From NCBI GenBank assembly GCA_963809925.1, contig CAWELH010000002.1, positions 22,077 through 86,076 of the forward strand: a DNA stretch of 64,000 nt. The letters run 5' to 3'. Under the pieces are notes generated by a model. The model was not told the origin of the DNA, did no database searches, and saw only the letters and a list, made by a program, of their open reading frames with translations. Origin of the DNA: an uncultured Bacteroidales bacterium. Its GTDB lineage: Bacteria > Bacteroidota > Bacteroidia > Bacteroidales > GCA-2748055. Position 1 is the stretch's first letter. Every line of letters starts with the position of its first letter. Shown in pieces: positions 20,953-30,788 of the stretch. Made by a program: the position numbers and the translations under genes.

Positions 20953-22311
20953 ATGAATACGGGAAATATCCTGGTTGCCGACGACAATCGCAACGTGCTA
21001 AATGCCCTTTCTCTGTTTCTTCCTGCTGAATTCAGCCATGTCAAGATCATTCAGCATCCCAACCGTTTGCTGGAAGAATTAAGAGTGTACGACTATGATG
21101 TTGTTCTCCTCGATATGAATTTTACAGCCGGGCAGAATACAGGCAATGAAGGCATTTACTGGCTCCGCGAGATCAAATCACATTTTCCCATTGTCGAAGT
21201 AGTCATGTTCACAGCTTACGGAGATGTTGACCTGGCTGTGAAAGCCCTTAAGGAAGGGGCATCCGATTTTATCCTGAAACCCTGGGAGAATGAGAAACTG
21301 GTTGCAACTCTTGTTTCAGCATGCCGTCTGAGTAGATCGTCGCGTGAAGTCCGTTCACTCAGGAATAAGGAAAAACAGCTGAAGCAGGAAATGAACCCGG
21401 AGGTTCAGGTAGTCTGGCGTTCTACTGCGATGCAGAAGATCATGGAACTTATAAAAAAAGTAGCGCCGACAGATGCCAATATTCTCATAACCGGCGAAAA
21501 CGGAACTGGTAAAGAGCTTATTGCAAGAGAAATACACCATTACTCAAACCGGAGTCAGGGATTCTTTGTACTGGCTGATATATCCTCGCTCACCGATAGT
21601 CTTTTCGAATCGGAGCTCTTCGGACACATCAAAGGCGCATTTACCGATGCACGTGAAGATCGCAATGGCAAATTCCTCCTGGCCCACCTTGGCACATTGT
21701 TCCTGGATGAGATCGGCAATATCCCTCTTCATCTTCAGTCAAAACTGCTAACAGTACTGCAAACCCGAACCATCACACCAGTTGGATCAAATCGTTCCAT
21801 CCCTCTGGATATCCGGCTTATCACCGCCACAAACAAGAATCCCGGACAAATGGTTGGCAGCGGGCAATTCCGTGAGGATCTCTTATACCGCATCAATACG
21901 ATTCACATCCATCTTCCGGCTTTGCGTGAACGACCTGAGGATATTTCGTTGCTGGCTCACCATTTTCTTGACATCTATGCAAAGAAGTATCATAAGGCCC
22001 GCATCGAAACAGGCACTTCACTTCTGAAAAAGTTGGAAATGCTACCTTGGCCGGGAAATATACGAGAATTGCAGCATGCGATGGAAAAAATGGTAATACT
22101 TTCTGAAGATGGCCGGCCCGACCCAGACAGCATTCCTGGTGGTTCCTTATACGACAGTGCTGAAAAGGAAGCTGAAACACTCGAAGAAATGGAGAAAAAA
22201 ATGATTTCGGCTGCCCTCTCAAAATGTAGTAATAACCTGAGCGCTGCAGCTGCAAAACTTGGGATCAGCCGACCTACGTTGTACAGTAAGATGAAAAAAT
22301 ATGAGCTCTGA
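20953..22311 (+). CDS. Sigma-54-dependent response regulator (NtrC/AtoC family)
   Basis: It has a receiver domain ('ILVADDNRN...VLLDMNF...KP'). The AAA+ domain carries 'GENGTGKE', the 'ESELFGH' (GAFTGA-region) sigma-54 contact and 'LFLDEIG'. A C-terminal Fis-type HTH reads 'NLSAAAAKLGISRPTLYSKMKKY'. Confidence 0.9.
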   Translation: MNTGNILVADDNRNVLNALSLFLPAEFSHVKIIQHPNRLLEELRVYDYDVVLLDMNFTAGQNTGNEGIYWLREIKSHFPIVEVVMFTAYGDVDLAVKALKEGASDFILKPWENEKLVATLVSACRLSRSSREVRSLRNKEKQLKQEMNPEVQVVWRSTAMQKIMELIKKVAPTDANILITGENGTGKELIAREIHHYSNRSQGFFVLADISSLTDSLFESELFGHIKGAFTDAREDRNGKFLLAHLGTLFLDEIGNIPLHLQSKLLTVLQTRTITPVGSNRSIPLDIRLITATNKNPGQMVGSGQFREDLLYRINTIHIHLPALRERPEDISLLAHHFLDIYAKKYHKARIETGTSLLKKLEMLPWPGNIRELQHAMEKMVILSEDGRPDPDSIPGGSLYDSAEKEAETLEEMEKKMISAALSKCSNNLSAAAAKLGISRPTLYSKMKKYEL

Positions 22312-23659
22312 AAATCTTCCCGGGAAGCGCATCCTACTGCTTGTGATCACAATAGCAGCCGCCGTCCTTACAGGCTTTGCTGCTGCCGGCAGACGACCTG
22401 ATTATGCTGTAATTCCGGCAATCATTTCACTGCTTTCCGCTGTCGGTTTACTTAGGCATATTGCTCAGACGGAAAAAAACCTGAATTTGTTTTTTGATTC
22501 AGTCAACAGCAATGATTCTTCCGTCACCTTTTCCGGGCATCGCGCCAGCCCGGGGACAAGAAAACTCTATCAGCAACTGAACCGGGTCAATCAGACCATT
22601 GCCGCCCTCAGGGTAAAGGCCGAAGCCAGGGAACACTATTACAGGTCAGTGATCAGGCAATCGGCAACCGGCCTGATTGTGATCGGTCAAAACGGGGAAA
22701 TTGAACTGATCAATGATGCAGCTGCCCAATTTGCCGGTATATCGCCGGCATCCACCGATACACGGCTGTTCAGAATCAGAAACAGATCCTTTTATGATAA
22801 GATCTGTAACCTTCAGCCGGGAAAAACGCTATCCCTCAGTCCTGCAGAATCCGAACCGGGGAAGTCCCTGCTCCTCCAGGCCAAAGAAATCGTGACTGAC
22901 GACAGGAACCTTAAACTGGTAACCATAGAGAACATCAGGCAGGCTCTTGATAACAAAGAACTTGAGTCATACCAGAGTCTTATCCGCATTCTTACACACG
23001 AAATTATGAACGCCGTGGCTCCCCTGACTTCAGTATCCCATACGCTCCACAAACTGTTTTTACCTGACGGCAGACCACTCTCTCCAGGGCAAGTCAGTAC
23101 CGGTGTCATCGAGGCAACCGTTAAAGGTCTGATGACCATCGAAGAGCAGGGAAAAGGCATGCTTAATTTTGTAAACAGCTACAGGCAACTTACCAGGCTC
23201 CCAAGACCTGTTATAGAATCCTTCAATACCAGTGACTGGATCACCCAGCTTCACATCTTGTTGAATGAACAGCTATCAGAGGAAAACATCTCGCTTGCCA
23301 TCTTACGCCGTGGACCTGTTGAGAGTATAACGGCTGATAAAAACCTTATAAACCAGGTCATCCTTAATCTGGTCAACAATGCCAGGGATGCCCTGAAGGA
23401 GATTTCCGACAACAGGAAGTTGATCATTAGTCTGATAAGAAGAGAACCTTCACTTCTGCACATCACCGTTGCAAACAACGGCCCTCAGATCGCTCCTGAA
23501 AACATTGGGAAGATTTTCGTCCCCTTTTTCACTACAAAACCGAACGGATCAGGGATCGGACTTCCACTATGCAGGCAGATCATATATCTTCACAATGGTT
23601 TACTCAGTGTGACCAGCGGACCAGAAAAAACCACATTCATCCTGGAGCTTCCTTCGTAA
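22301..23659 (+). CDS. Sensor histidine kinase (NtrB-like: two TM helices, a PAS-like region, HisKA and HATPase_c)
   Basis: The H-box is 'LTHEIMNAVAPL', the N-box 'NLVNNARDAL' and the G-boxes 'TKPNGSGIGL'. It overlaps the regulator gene by 11 nt. Confidence 0.85.
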   Translation: MSSENLPGKRILLLVITIAAAVLTGFAAAGRRPDYAVIPAIISLLSAVGLLRHIAQTEKNLNLFFDSVNSNDSSVTFSGHRASPGTRKLYQQLNRVNQTIAALRVKAEAREHYYRSVIRQSATGLIVIGQNGEIELINDAAAQFAGISPASTDTRLFRIRNRSFYDKICNLQPGKTLSLSPAESEPGKSLLLQAKEIVTDDRNLKLVTIENIRQALDNKELESYQSLIRILTHEIMNAVAPLTSVSHTLHKLFLPDGRPLSPGQVSTGVIEATVKGLMTIEEQGKGMLNFVNSYRQLTRLPRPVIESFNTSDWITQLHILLNEQLSEENISLAILRRGPVESITADKNLINQVILNLVNNARDALKEISDNRKLIISLIRREPSLLHITVANNGPQIAPENIGKIFVPFFTTKPNGSGIGLPLCRQIIYLHNGLLSVTSGPEKTTFILELPS

Positions 23660-23683
23660 AAAAAGTAAAAAACTTATACAATG

Positions 23684-23702
23684 ATGTGTAATTATTACAC
23701 AT
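23684..23702. terminator. AT-rich palindrome between convergent genes, a weak terminator candidate
   Basis: ATGTGTAAT-T-ATTACACAT is followed by TTTCAATTT. It lies 25 nt after the kinase stop codon. Confidence 0.3.
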
Positions 23703-23860
23703 TTTCAATTTGTAGAATCAGGATTTAATTCAGGATCAGACTCTTTTGATTCTTCCAAAAAGAAAATCTGACGAAGGGGTATGACGGGAAGCTCGCAACA
23801 TTGGCAGACGCTGAATTTTGTGGGTGCTTTCAGGAAAAAGTCCGGAAGATTGGGAAATTA

Positions 23861-24925
23861 TCAGATTATAAGGTTCAGATCCCCAAACTCATGCCAGAGG
23901 TATTTCATTTCCACGGCTTGGGTATAGGCTTTAAAAAGGTGTTCGGTTGGAAGGAAAGCGTTCAACATATCAAGATGACTGGCTCCAGGTTCATGAAAAC
24001 CGGTAAGGAGGGCATCGGCAACCCTGAGCTGATGTCCGGCGGTTATTCTGAGATGGGTATAGTTATGACCGGATGCGATTTTTCCGTCTTCCTGTACAGC
24101 TGATTCCAGAGCCCTGACGACGGTTGTTCCAATTGCTATTACACGGTGACCGGCTTCCAGGGTAGCATTGATTTTTTCGGCCGCTGATTCGTTGATAAAA
24201 TATTCTTCTTCAGGAACAAGGTGCAGGCTGTCGAGGTGGTCATCCATATACGAACTAAGTCCGGCATGCAGAGTGATGTAGGCTGTTTCTATGCCAATGC
24301 GGCGAAGGTTGAACAAAGATTTCCAGGTAAAAGCCCTGCCGGCGCTTGGCATTTCCGCCGAGCCCGGTTCACGTGCATAGACGGTCTGGTAATATTCCAG
24401 GTTCCAGGGAGCCGTCACATATTCATATCGGATAGGCTGTCCCAGTTTGTAGATCAGGTTTATCAGTTCCGAACCGTCCCTGGAAAAACGGATCTTCCAC
24501 AGCCTTGGTATCCGCTTGTTCCGTTCCAGAACTGTAGCTGTGAGATCTTTGTCGAAATCGATGAGCATGCCCTCGCGCAGGCCACATACAAATGGGTCGC
24601 CACGACGGCACAAAAGCAGAACGAGCCAGGTACCGTCGGGCAGATGTTCTGCCAGTCGGACTTCTATGCACTTGCCTTTGATGTCACCGCAGCCCATCAT
24701 AGATGCCGGTAAAGTACGGCTGGCGTTGAAGACCATGAGATCACCAGGTGTTACAAACTGCATGATTTGATTAAACCGGGAATGTGTGACGCTTCCGGTA
24801 GCCCGGTCAATGACCATCAATCTTACTTCGTCCCTGGCTATCCCCCGTCGCTCGGGTGGCTCCTTGGCGTTAAGTTCTGTCGGCAACGCAAATGTAAATG
24901 GTGCATTCATGCTGTTCATTTTCAA
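23861..24925 (-). CDS. Divergent QueA-family protein (S-adenosylmethionine:tRNA ribosyltransferase-isomerase-like)
   Basis: It is collinear with QueA: 'FALPTELNAKEPPE...RDEVRLMV', 'GDLMVFNASRTLPA', 'YQTVYAREPGSAEMPSAGRAF', 'ITLHAGLSS', 'VIAIGTTVVRALESA' and 'LLTGFHEPGASHLDML'. Several otherwise conserved blocks are altered (see findings). Confidence 0.7.
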   Translation of the reverse strand: MKMNSMNAPFTFALPTELNAKEPPERRGIARDEVRLMVIDRATGSVTHSRFNQIMQFVTPGDLMVFNASRTLPASMMGCGDIKGKCIEVRLAEHLPDGTWLVLLLCRRGDPFVCGLREGMLIDFDKDLTATVLERNKRIPRLWKIRFSRDGSELINLIYKLGQPIRYEYVTAPWNLEYYQTVYAREPGSAEMPSAGRAFTWKSLFNLRRIGIETAYITLHAGLSSYMDDHLDSLHLVPEEEYFINESAAEKINATLEAGHRVIAIGTTVVRALESAVQEDGKIASGHNYTHLRITAGHQLRVADALLTGFHEPGASHLDMLNAFLPTEHLFKAYTQAVEMKYLWHEFGDLNLII

Positions 24926-25687
24926 TCAGAGTGCTTTGGAATATTTTAATGCTTCTTTCCAGTTCTCCTGAGCTTGAAGACGCATTCCAGTGACCCCGTC
25001 AGACCGGTCAGAGGCGAGGTAGACGAAAACATCGGTGACTTCCGAGGGGTCCGCCCATTGTTTAGGATCTTCATCAGGTTCAGCGGCGCGGTGCATGGCG
25101 GTATTCATATCTCCCGGATCGACAAGATTGACACGCACTCTGCTGTCTTCCAGTTCAGCGGCCCATGTTCTCGACATCCCTTCCAGACCGAATTTAGAAA
25201 TGCCGTAGGCACCCCATCCCGGGTAACCCACAACGCCTGCATCGCTGGTTACATTAATGATAGAGCCTCCATGTTCAATCATTGAAGGCAGGGAATAACG
25301 GATCATTAGGAACGGGCCGGTAAGATTGGTATTGAGCACAGCCTGAAAGTCTTCCAGAGGATAATCGAGGAGATAAGGCATCGGTGAGGGGCCAATTATG
25401 GAGGCATTGTTGACCAGGACATCCAGGCGCCCTCCAAAAAACTGTTGCATGGTGGCCACGATTCTTTCAACATCGGAAGGCTTGCCGACATCCCCTTCAA
25501 TACAGGTCACTCTGGTATCCGGTGCCAATTCCTCTATCTCACGGCTCACAATGTTCAGCCGTTCACGGTGCCTGGCCACAAGGACAAGGGATGAGGCTCC
25601 TTCACGGGCAAATAGTAATGCCAATTCCCGGCCCAGTCCTTCAGAAGCGCCAGTTATCAAAATCTGTTTTCCCCTTAATTGATTCAT
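24926..25687 (-). CDS. Classical short-chain dehydrogenase/reductase
   Basis: It has 'ITGASEGLGRE' (TGxxxGxG), 'NNAS' and the catalytic 'YGISK'. Its stop codon directly abuts the QueA-like start codon. Confidence 0.85.
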   Translation of the reverse strand: MNQLRGKQILITGASEGLGRELALLFAREGASSLVLVARHRERLNIVSREIEELAPDTRVTCIEGDVGKPSDVERIVATMQQFFGGRLDVLVNNASIIGPSPMPYLLDYPLEDFQAVLNTNLTGPFLMIRYSLPSMIEHGGSIINVTSDAGVVGYPGWGAYGISKFGLEGMSRTWAAELEDSRVRVNLVDPGDMNTAMHRAAEPDEDPKQWADPSEVTDVFVYLASDRSDGVTGMRLQAQENWKEALKYSKAL

Positions 25688-25936
25688 TATCTATGGCATT
25701 AATACATGCATATTTCTACTAACAAGGGAAACATGCTTTTGGTTTCTCAGCATGGATTGTTTTATTTTACGTTACAATGAGGCCCTATTTGTCCTAAACT
25801 CATATGCACTACCGACATAATTTCAACAGCTATGTTTTCTTCAAAAAAAAGTTCCTAAATTGTGCCTTCGACAAGCCTTGATTGAAGAGAACAAACTATA
25901 ACTTAATTCGACCCGCATCGCAAAACCAAAACAATT

Positions 25937-28177
25937 ATGAAAAAATACCTTCGCCCACTTTTCGTAAGGACAGCTTTACTGCTTAGCATGCTACTATTTT
26001 CCCTCCCTGTTCTTACTGCACAGATAAAAACGCTGAAGAACGGTGACAAGATCGCCTTCGATGGTGAATACTATGATTTCAGGGATTCTGCCGGAATACA
26101 AATGATAAAAATGTGGATCCCTCCTGGTGTTTCTCCCATCAAAGGTGTCTTCATTTCAGGACATGGTGGTGGAGGTGGCGACAGCCGGAATTTTGCCCGG
26201 GACGAAAATATGAGAGCCTTCGCCATGCGACTAGGCTTTGCCGTGGCCGGCCTTCACAACTTCCCGGGTCGGAGGGCTTATGAGCAAGGTGCTCCGCTGT
26301 TTTTTTCCGTATTGAAAGAATTTGCTCAAATTGGCGGCCATCCTGAAATCGCCAATCTGCCTTTTGTTATGTATGGCAGTTCCAACGGCGGATCAACCAC
26401 GTACGGCTTTGTGAACTATGCGCCGGAACGGGCTATTTGCTTTGTTACCAATGTTTCCGCAGGAGGTCAACCGGAAATCCCGGTCGAAGATGCGCTGAAA
26501 GTCCCCGGTATCTTCATTGTCGGAAAGTTCGATGCCCTGATGCGACAGCGCGGTATCGACAGAGCCAGGGAAATCGTGACAGAGGCCAGAAAGAAACATG
26601 CCCGTTGGGCCTGGGCTATGGAGCTCAAGGGTCACCAGGACGGTACTTCATTCGATGTATATATGAAACTCGTTGAGCAGGCTGTAAAAATGAGGTACCC
26701 GGCAAACGGAAATCCGTCAGTCGGGATGGTAAAGCTCACGGATATTCCTGAAGAATCAGGCTGGCTGGTAGACCAGGACAGCTGGGACAGTGGACTTACC
26801 AAGGTTGCCGACTTCAAATCATATCAGGGCGACAAGGAAGCTGCAGGATGGGTACTGAACAAGGATATGGCTTTCGTGTATAGAAGTATGGCGACCCATC
26901 ATAACCCAATTGCCGTCTCAGTCAGGGAATTCGACCGTACGTTTAACCCGCATACCGATCCCGGTACCATGTTCAGTCTCGGCGGTCCCGTGGCCACACC
27001 GGGAGAAAAGATTACAATCCTCTGCGATACAAAAGACCTTCCCGGGTGGAAAAGCATAGAATTTTACAATGGGGCAGAAAAACTTGGTACTGCCACCGAA
27101 GGTGTAAAACCCCAGATCACGATCACTCTCGACAGCGATAAACCGGTGTATTGTCTCACCGCTCTTGCTACCGGTAAGAACGGTGAGCAAAGGACATGCG
27201 AACCCATGCATTTCTTTGTAAAAGACCCACGGCTGAGTTGGAAATCACAGGTGAAAAAGCCTGTCTTCAAAGGTGTAAAAACCAATGCAGGGTCCGCCAA
27301 TGCCGGGAAAAAGATCAGTTGCACCGCTCCTAATCCGAATGATAGTGTACTGGTAGCCTACGGACTTACCGCTGAACAGGAGAAACAGTTTTCTGCAAAC
27401 GATCATAAACTGTCGGATTTCTGGAAATTAACGGATGACCGCAAGGATTTCATCATGATGACAGCACGCCAGAATGGGACTGACGGCGCACAGTTTAATC
27501 CGGTGCTTACAAACGACTGTGCATTGAAGGTACGGGCAGCCTATGGTTCGGATGGCGTATACCTACTTTTTGAAATTACAGACGATAGTGATGAAGCATG
27601 GCCAAATGCATTTACCGGAACGGAAAATGAACAGTTTTACCTGGATTTTGATGCCGTCGATGCAATGATGGACAGCAGGTCAATCGCCGATATCAGTGAT
27701 CAAAAAAATGCCGGAATGTTCGTCGACCGCTCATTTGGAATGACATTTACCACGAAACAATACCAGGTGGCATGCGGAACAGAAAAGGAACGACCAATGG
27801 GATTCCGGCGCTCGCTGTCTGAGCCCTGGGATTTCAACTCAACTTTTGTATCATTCCAGGATGCCAAATCAGAATTCGGTGTGCAGCTTGAAAATGTACG
27901 TGTTGACTATTATGAAAAAGCTCAGGAATGGTTTATACCATGGAGCGAATATGGCGGAGGCCTGCCATCAGAACCGAAAGCCGGAACAAGGATTGCCTTC
28001 TCTGCCGGATTCAATGACCGTGATGCAGGGGAACACTTTCCTCCGGGAATGACCTCCAGCGGCGGGAGTGTGAAAGCTTCAGATGCCATGCGTTGGATCG
28101 GTAAGACAGACCCTTGGGGTATGTCGAAACCTCCTTACGGCTGGGGAGAAATTGAACTGGGTGAGATGCTGAAATAA
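25937..28177 (+). CDS. Secreted multidomain protein: alpha/beta-hydrolase-like N-terminal region plus a CBM9/DOMON-like C-terminal region
   Basis: It has a signal peptide 'LLLSMLLFSLPVLTAQ' and a possible nucleophile elbow 'GSSNGG' after 'GHGGGGGD'. The C-terminal 'VRAAYGSDGVYLLFEITDD...FYLDFDA' resembles family-9 carbohydrate-binding modules. Confidence 0.4.
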   Translation: MKKYLRPLFVRTALLLSMLLFSLPVLTAQIKTLKNGDKIAFDGEYYDFRDSAGIQMIKMWIPPGVSPIKGVFISGHGGGGGDSRNFARDENMRAFAMRLGFAVAGLHNFPGRRAYEQGAPLFFSVLKEFAQIGGHPEIANLPFVMYGSSNGGSTTYGFVNYAPERAICFVTNVSAGGQPEIPVEDALKVPGIFIVGKFDALMRQRGIDRAREIVTEARKKHARWAWAMELKGHQDGTSFDVYMKLVEQAVKMRYPANGNPSVGMVKLTDIPEESGWLVDQDSWDSGLTKVADFKSYQGDKEAAGWVLNKDMAFVYRSMATHHNPIAVSVREFDRTFNPHTDPGTMFSLGGPVATPGEKITILCDTKDLPGWKSIEFYNGAEKLGTATEGVKPQITITLDSDKPVYCLTALATGKNGEQRTCEPMHFFVKDPRLSWKSQVKKPVFKGVKTNAGSANAGKKISCTAPNPNDSVLVAYGLTAEQEKQFSANDHKLSDFWKLTDDRKDFIMMTARQNGTDGAQFNPVLTNDCALKVRAAYGSDGVYLLFEITDDSDEAWPNAFTGTENEQFYLDFDAVDAMMDSRSIADISDQKNAGMFVDRSFGMTFTTKQYQVACGTEKERPMGFRRSLSEPWDFNSTFVSFQDAKSEFGVQLENVRVDYYEKAQEWFIPWSEYGGGLPSEPKAGTRIAFSAGFNDRDAGEHFPPGMTSSGGSVKASDAMRWIGKTDPWGMSKPPYGWGEIELGEMLK

Positions 28178-28317
28178 AATTGGTATTGTGCCAGGCTTTT
28201 ATTTGGAACATTTCTGACGATATGTGTTTACTGATACTGCGAGTGGATTTTCAATCCCTGGCATGAGAGATGCCGGAAGGAATGTAAACCAGGATAAATC
28301 GTCTAAAAAAGAATGTC

Positions 28318-28635
28318 ATGATGCATGCTGGATTTTCAAAAATGGCACTCTCATTTCCAGGTACGGAAGATGCGCCACATTTTGACCGGACCGCATTCAG
28401 GGTGATAAAGAAGCGTATTTTCGCAACCTTCCATAAGGATAGCAATACGGCAAATATCAAACTCTCTCCGGAGGATCAGCGTGTATTTTGTCAGTATAAT
28501 GAAAAGGCTATATTTCAAATCCCTAATAAATGGGGCCTGAAAGGATGGACGACCTTCAGGCTGCAGGAAGTCCCGGATGAATTAATTTTCGAAGCACTCA
28601 ATGCCGCTTATAAGGATATTCTGAAACCGTCGTGA
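28318..28635 (+). CDS. MmcQ/YjbR-family protein
   Basis: The protein is 105 aa. 'LSFPGTEDAPHFDRTAFRVIKKRIFATF' matches the YjbR pattern. Confidence 0.6.
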   Translation: MMHAGFSKMALSFPGTEDAPHFDRTAFRVIKKRIFATFHKDSNTANIKLSPEDQRVFCQYNEKAIFQIPNKWGLKGWTTFRLQEVPDELIFEALNAAYKDILKPS

Positions 28636-28726
28636 ATATTGCAGGCGGAATCAGGGTTATTACATTCTTATTAATGAAAAAGAGGGAGTCTGACAACACA
28701 GAATCCGTAATTTATCGGTGGAAATT

Positions 28727-29650
28727 ATGATGCGTACCACGCTCGACCTAATAAGACATACTCCATTAGTGCGCCTTGACAGAATTTCAATGGGTGCCTG
28801 CAATATTTTTGCAAAGCTCGAATATATGCAGCCCGGGGGGAGTATCAAAGACAGGGCAGCACTTCAGATTATTATCGATGCCTACGCAGATGGCAAACTG
28901 AAGAAGGGTCAACAGGTCATCGAAATGACGAGCGGCAATATGGGAGCCGGATTGGCTGTGGTTTGCACGCAGTTCGGGAATCCTTTCACGGCAGTTATGC
29001 CCGCGGGAAACAGTCCGGAAAGGATAAGGCTGCTGAAAGCCCTTGGTGCAGAAGTGATCGTAACTGACCAGGTGGACGGGAAGACAGGAATGGTAACCGG
29101 AAAGGATATTGAGTATGCAGCTGGTGTTGCCCGGGATATCGCAATAGAAAAAAAAGGTTTTTATGTAGATCAGTTTAACAATACTTCTGGCGTGAAGGCA
29201 CATTTTGAAACAACCGGACCTGAGATATTAAAGGATATGCCGGATATCGACGCCTTCGTTTCTGTGGTCGGGAGTTCAGGTACTTTTACAGGGACAGCCC
29301 GATATCTTAAAAGCCGACAGCCAAATGTTAAATGTGTAGCTGTCGAACCTATGACCGCAGCGATTTTAAAAACAGGACAGATAGAGGATCCCAGACATAT
29401 TATTCAGGGTACCGGTTATGGGCTGGTACCACCCCACTGGGACAAAGATCTTGCCGATGAAATCGTCTTGGTAGGCGACGAAGAGGTGATCGCGATGACA
29501 AAACGCCTTGGCTATGATCAGGGCTTCTTCGTTGGGTATTCATCCGGGGCAAACGTGGCTGCTGCGATGAAATTCGCAAAATCAAACAGCAGGCTACGGA
29601 ATATTGTAACGATTCTTTGTGATACAGGCTTTAAATACAGTGAACTCTAA
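28727..29650 (+). CDS. PLP-dependent cysteine synthase / cystathionine beta-synthase family protein
   Basis: 'LEYMQPGGSIKDRAAL' contains the PLP-lysine motif, with 'MTSGNMGAGLA' downstream. The glycine loop is atypical ('VGSSGTFTG'), so I give no cysK/cysM assignment. I prefer ATG 28727 over GTG 28718. Confidence 0.75.
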   Translation: MMRTTLDLIRHTPLVRLDRISMGACNIFAKLEYMQPGGSIKDRAALQIIIDAYADGKLKKGQQVIEMTSGNMGAGLAVVCTQFGNPFTAVMPAGNSPERIRLLKALGAEVIVTDQVDGKTGMVTGKDIEYAAGVARDIAIEKKGFYVDQFNNTSGVKAHFETTGPEILKDMPDIDAFVSVVGSSGTFTGTARYLKSRQPNVKCVAVEPMTAAILKTGQIEDPRHIIQGTGYGLVPPHWDKDLADEIVLVGDEEVIAMTKRLGYDQGFFVGYSSGANVAAAMKFAKSNSRLRNIVTILCDTGFKYSEL

Positions 29651-29688
29651 TCATTAACAGTGTGTCTCCTGATATACACATCGAGACG

Positions 29689-30174
29689 ATGACGGTTAAG
29701 TCCTGGAAGGAGGTGAGGAGGATTTATGCTTCGGGAATTTTAACGGGCAACGCAACATTTGAAGTTAGCGTGCCGGACTGGATTACCTGGAACAGGGAGC
29801 ACAGGAAGGATTGCAGGCTCATAGCTCAGGTTAATCGCAGGACCGTAGGATGGGTTGCATTGTCGAAAGTATCAGGAAGAATTGTTTATGAAGGAGTTGC
29901 AGAAGTCAGCATTTATCTTGACCCGACATTCCAGGGACAAGGTATTGGCGACAGGTTGATGAAAGCACTCATCCTTGAGTCAGAACGAAATAAAATATGG
30001 ACGCTTCAGGCTGGAATTTTTCCCGAGAACAAGGTAAGCCTTAGCTTACACCTAAAAAATGGTTTCAGAATCGTTGGAACCAGGGAAAAACTTGGCAGGA
30101 TGGGCGGCGTCTGGAGAGATGTGATTCTGGTTGAAAGAAGAAGTAACATTACAGGTAAACAAACCCAAACATGA
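29689..30174 (+). CDS. GNAT N-acetyltransferase (phosphinothricin / methionine-sulfoximine acetyltransferase-like)
   Basis: 'GWVALSKVSGRIVYEGVAEVSIYLDPTFQGQGIGDRLM' and 'LQAGIFPENKVSLSLHLKNGFRIVG' follow the PAT-family pattern. Its stop overlaps the next start (ATGA). Confidence 0.7.
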   Translation: MTVKSWKEVRRIYASGILTGNATFEVSVPDWITWNREHRKDCRLIAQVNRRTVGWVALSKVSGRIVYEGVAEVSIYLDPTFQGQGIGDRLMKALILESERNKIWTLQAGIFPENKVSLSLHLKNGFRIVGTREKLGRMGGVWRDVILVERRSNITGKQTQT

Positions 30175-30725
30175 GCACAATAGATATTCATTATTACAAA
30201 TCACCTGCCGGAGAACTTATCATGGGCTCGTTTAATCATGAGCTGTGCCTTTGCGACTGGCGCTACCGTAGGATGAGAGCTACAATAGATCAAAGGATAC
30301 AACTGGGACTGAATGCTTCTTATACCGAAGGTGACTCACCTGTAATACAATCCGCCATTCATCAGTTGAAGACATATTTTGAGGGTGTACTGGAAGTATT
30401 TGACATCCCACTGAGATTGATCGGTTCAGCATTTCAGCAGAAGGTGTGGAACGCATTACTAAACATCCCTTACGGAAAGACTGAAACTTACCTTGGGCTT
30501 TCCAGGACACTTGGTGATGATAAGGCCATCAGAGCCGTGGCAGCAGCTAATGGTGCCAATGCCCTTTCGATTATCGTGCCATGTCACCGGATCGTAGGAA
30601 GCCAGGGCGAATTAACCGGATATGCAGGTGGGCTGAACGCAAAGAGAAAGCTACTTCTTTTAGAGAAAAAAGGGAGAAGTTCCGACGGCCCGCAAAGTGA
30701 AATCTCATTCAGTTTTGAAGACTGA
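30171..30725 (+). CDS. ogt: Methylated-DNA--protein-cysteine methyltransferase
   Basis: It has the active-site 'IIVPCHRIVG' motif, with 'PYGKTETYLGLS' and 'RAVAAANGANALSI' upstream. Confidence 0.9.
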   Translation: MSTIDIHYYKSPAGELIMGSFNHELCLCDWRYRRMRATIDQRIQLGLNASYTEGDSPVIQSAIHQLKTYFEGVLEVFDIPLRLIGSAFQQKVWNALLNIPYGKTETYLGLSRTLGDDKAIRAVAAANGANALSIIVPCHRIVGSQGELTGYAGGLNAKRKLLLLEKKGRSSDGPQSEISFSFED

Positions 30726-30788
30726 ACAAAGAGAAAAAGTCTGCCCTTAAAGAATTTTACTGGGATATGGACTGATCCTGCCTGCGAT

